Below are positions 61,354-64,000 of a DNA stretch of 64,000 bases, piece after piece. The stretch is from Podarcis liolepis (taxonomy: Eukaryota), in the NCBI GenBank assembly GCA_965112155.1, contig OZ218099.1; one strand, written 5' to 3'. The stretch's first letter is position 1. Each line of letters opens with the position of its first letter. The notes below the pieces were generated by a model that saw only the letters and a list, made by a program, of their open reading frames with translations, did no database searches and was not told the DNA's origin. The translations under genes and the position numbers were made by a program.

Positions 61354-61841
61354 GTATTTTTGTGGAGCATTCTGTCCTATTGCACTTTATTGTCTTCATG
61401 CCACTGACTAAATCCCAGCATTCCTGCTGTCAGCTGGCTCTGTCAGCCCTACTAATCTGGTAGGCAGAGTTCTCCATTTATCTCATAGTGTGTTTACTCT
61501 TTTCCCACTCTGTGATTTCTCTGCTCTGCCTGTCCTTGCCTCTTCCTAGAACTACTTGATGACTATGGGGCATGTGTGATTGGGCCTCTGGAAACCTGGC
61601 TGAAATATGGCAAATGTGCACAACAGGAGAAGGGAAAGTTTAACGTTTTCCCAGCATAGATGGGAATTAGTAGCAGAATCATAGGTCTCTCTCTGTCTGC
61701 CAACATGTCCTGCCTGTTCAATTCTGGAGCTTGCTGCCCCAAGCCATTCCAGCCCCTGCAGATGTGAAGTCTGCACACACAAGACATTACACTTCAGGCT
61801 TTTATAAAATTCCTCCCAGTATAAGGGGCATGCACTTTCAG

Positions 61842-61847
61842 TTTATT
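61842..61847 (-). terminator. Candidate polyadenylation signal of the VCP-like gene
   Basis: TTTATT on + (AATAAA on -) about 630 nt after the stop. A second copy lies at 61386-61391. Confidence 0.4.
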
Positions 61848-62477
61848 AAGACATCCAGAAATCTGTCAACTGGTATCACAAACTGGAGTTCATTGGCTTC
61901 ATGCATAACTGCAGACTTCAAAAGCTGTCTTTGCTGTGGAATAAGAAAGGACTAATGGGAGCAGGCTGGGCCGGCTTGCAAAAGGATCCTCCTGTTCCCT
62001 GGTTTCTAAAAAAGTGGGAGCCATCAATACATATGCTACAAGGTGCAGGCACCAGCTTGGGACAGTTTGAGATGAGATCAAGGGATAAGTGGGCAGCTTT
62101 GCACCCTGTGAGGCATCTGGCTGGTTGGCGGAAACAGAATGCCAGACTAGATGGACCTTTGCCTCTGATCCAGCAGCTGCTTAGGCTTTTGCTGCCCCCT
62201 GGTGACTTCCATGGGTATTGCCTTGGACACCCAACAAATGCAAGGGCTGTCGGTGCCATGAGGTTCCTGGTAGTGGCCGAGACAGGCACAAACACTGAAA
62301 GAGGCATCTGGCCCCCAAATCAGGGACGAGGAGTTTGCCTCTGGTAGCTCAGATTCCACATACAAGGATGAGGGTAGGAGTTGGGGCTCAAGCACCAGCC
62401 CTGACATTAAAGAGCACAATAACTATGAGAATACAGGGTAAATGATGCCAGCAAAAAAGGAGGCATTTCCTGCACAA

Positions 62478-62583
62478 TCAGTTGTAAAGATCATCATCGC
62501 CCTCCTCTTGGAAGAGGCTTCCTTGGCCACTGCTGCTTCCACTGTTTCCCTCTCCACTGGTGCTCTGCTTTCCAGATGGAAAC
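62478..62583 (-). CDS. VCP/p97-like last coding exon with C-terminal HbYX motif
   Basis: tctccacAG|G acceptor on the - strand, phase 2. Encodes (R)FPSGKQSTSGEGNSGSSSGQGSLFQEEGDDDLYN then TGA. Confidence 0.93.
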
Positions 62584-63441
62584 CTGTGGAGATAAAGAAT
62601 GGCCTTGGTTTCATGCAAGAGAAAGTTGGGTCATTCTGTTTTATGAATGTGGGCACTGATCTGGTTGTACTCTACATAAACAAGGTGTTAAAATAATGTG
62701 GATGTGATGCAAATCCCAATGCACATAAAAACCCATCCCGTTTAAAGTAATGCAATATGGAGGGACTGTATCCTCACTCAGGTGCTAATTCTAATGTGCA
62801 TCTGAATGCACATCTAATTTATACCTGCAATTCAGAGTCTGCAGGTACCGCCTGTGGATCTCCATAGCTGGGTCAGGGCAATGCTGTTTTTGAATGGTCT
62901 TTTGTTTATTTTAGCTTGTGTGTGTGTGTTTAATTCTATTGCACTTATTTTGAATGGTACCCTTTATTTTGTATATGGAATTTAACATCTTAAACTAACT
63001 TGAGAGCCCTCACTGGGTCATACACTTAATAATAAAAAGTATTATTTTCAGTTGGTTGGGATGATGGAATGCAACCCTCGGAAATCTTGATGGTACTGTT
63101 ATTATTTAATTTATTTAATTTGTTAGTACCTTTATCCTGCCCAAGGCAACCCAAAGCAACTTACAAAAGTTAGCAGAGTGACAAGGTAGATAGTAGAGAG
63201 TCAAGCTACATAGTAGAGTCAAGCTGAGGTTCCTGTATCTTGTTTCAAAGAACAAACTTCCCCCTATCCTAGGAAAGGGGAACCTAGGAATGTTGTTGAA
63301 CTTCAGCCTTCACTAATCCCAGCCATGGGAGTTCTGGTCAAACAACATCTGTGGGGCCAAGTTCCTCACCCAGGCCCTGTCCACTGCACTGAAGTGAAAC
63401 TCTAGCTTGGGGCAGAGGAAGCAAAAAGTTCTCCAACATTA

Positions 63442-63594
<153 letters not shown>

Positions 63595-63831
63595 CTATCA
63601 CAAAAGGGCAGGGGGGGAAATGTTGTTGAGCTGCATCCTTACAAGCTCCAAAGCCCTGTGAGATCAATGCAATCGAGGACACTGTGGCCCCACGATGGGG
63701 GGTGGCCATAAAGTTCCCAGAATACTATGCAGAATATGTTACTGAGGAGGGCATGTTACTGAGAAGAGCAGGGCATGAGGCAATGGAAGGAATCCTGCCT
63801 GGCCCTGTTGGGATGTGGGGAAGTCTCACTA

Positions 63832-63999
<168 letters not shown>

Positions 64000-64000
64000 T

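Overview
Vertebrate genomic DNA, most likely a squamate and probably a lacertid lizard, judging by its SINE, BovB, CR1 and MITE content. Three protein-coding genes are supported. (1) The last four coding exons of GIPC1 (+; 1937-2117, 15299-15411, 16010-16091, 16338-16489). (2) A complete PTGER1/EP1 prostaglandin receptor (+; CpG-rich TATA promoter and non-coding exon near 52.3 kb, coding exons 57891-58718 and 59514-59798, 370 aa). (3) The last three coding exons of a divergent, intron-containing VCP/p97 (CDC48) paralogue on the - strand (63838-63996, 63443-63594, 62478-62583). The third gene is invisible in the supplied ORF track. It lies tail-to-tail with PTGER1, where mammals have PKN1. The rest is intronic or intergenic sequence rich in LINEs (L1, L2, CR1, BovB), tRNA-derived SINEs, MITEs, a probable DIRS relic and microsatellites. 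Nearly all other ORFs in the track look spurious. Gene and family comparisons are from memory and hand translation, not database searches.
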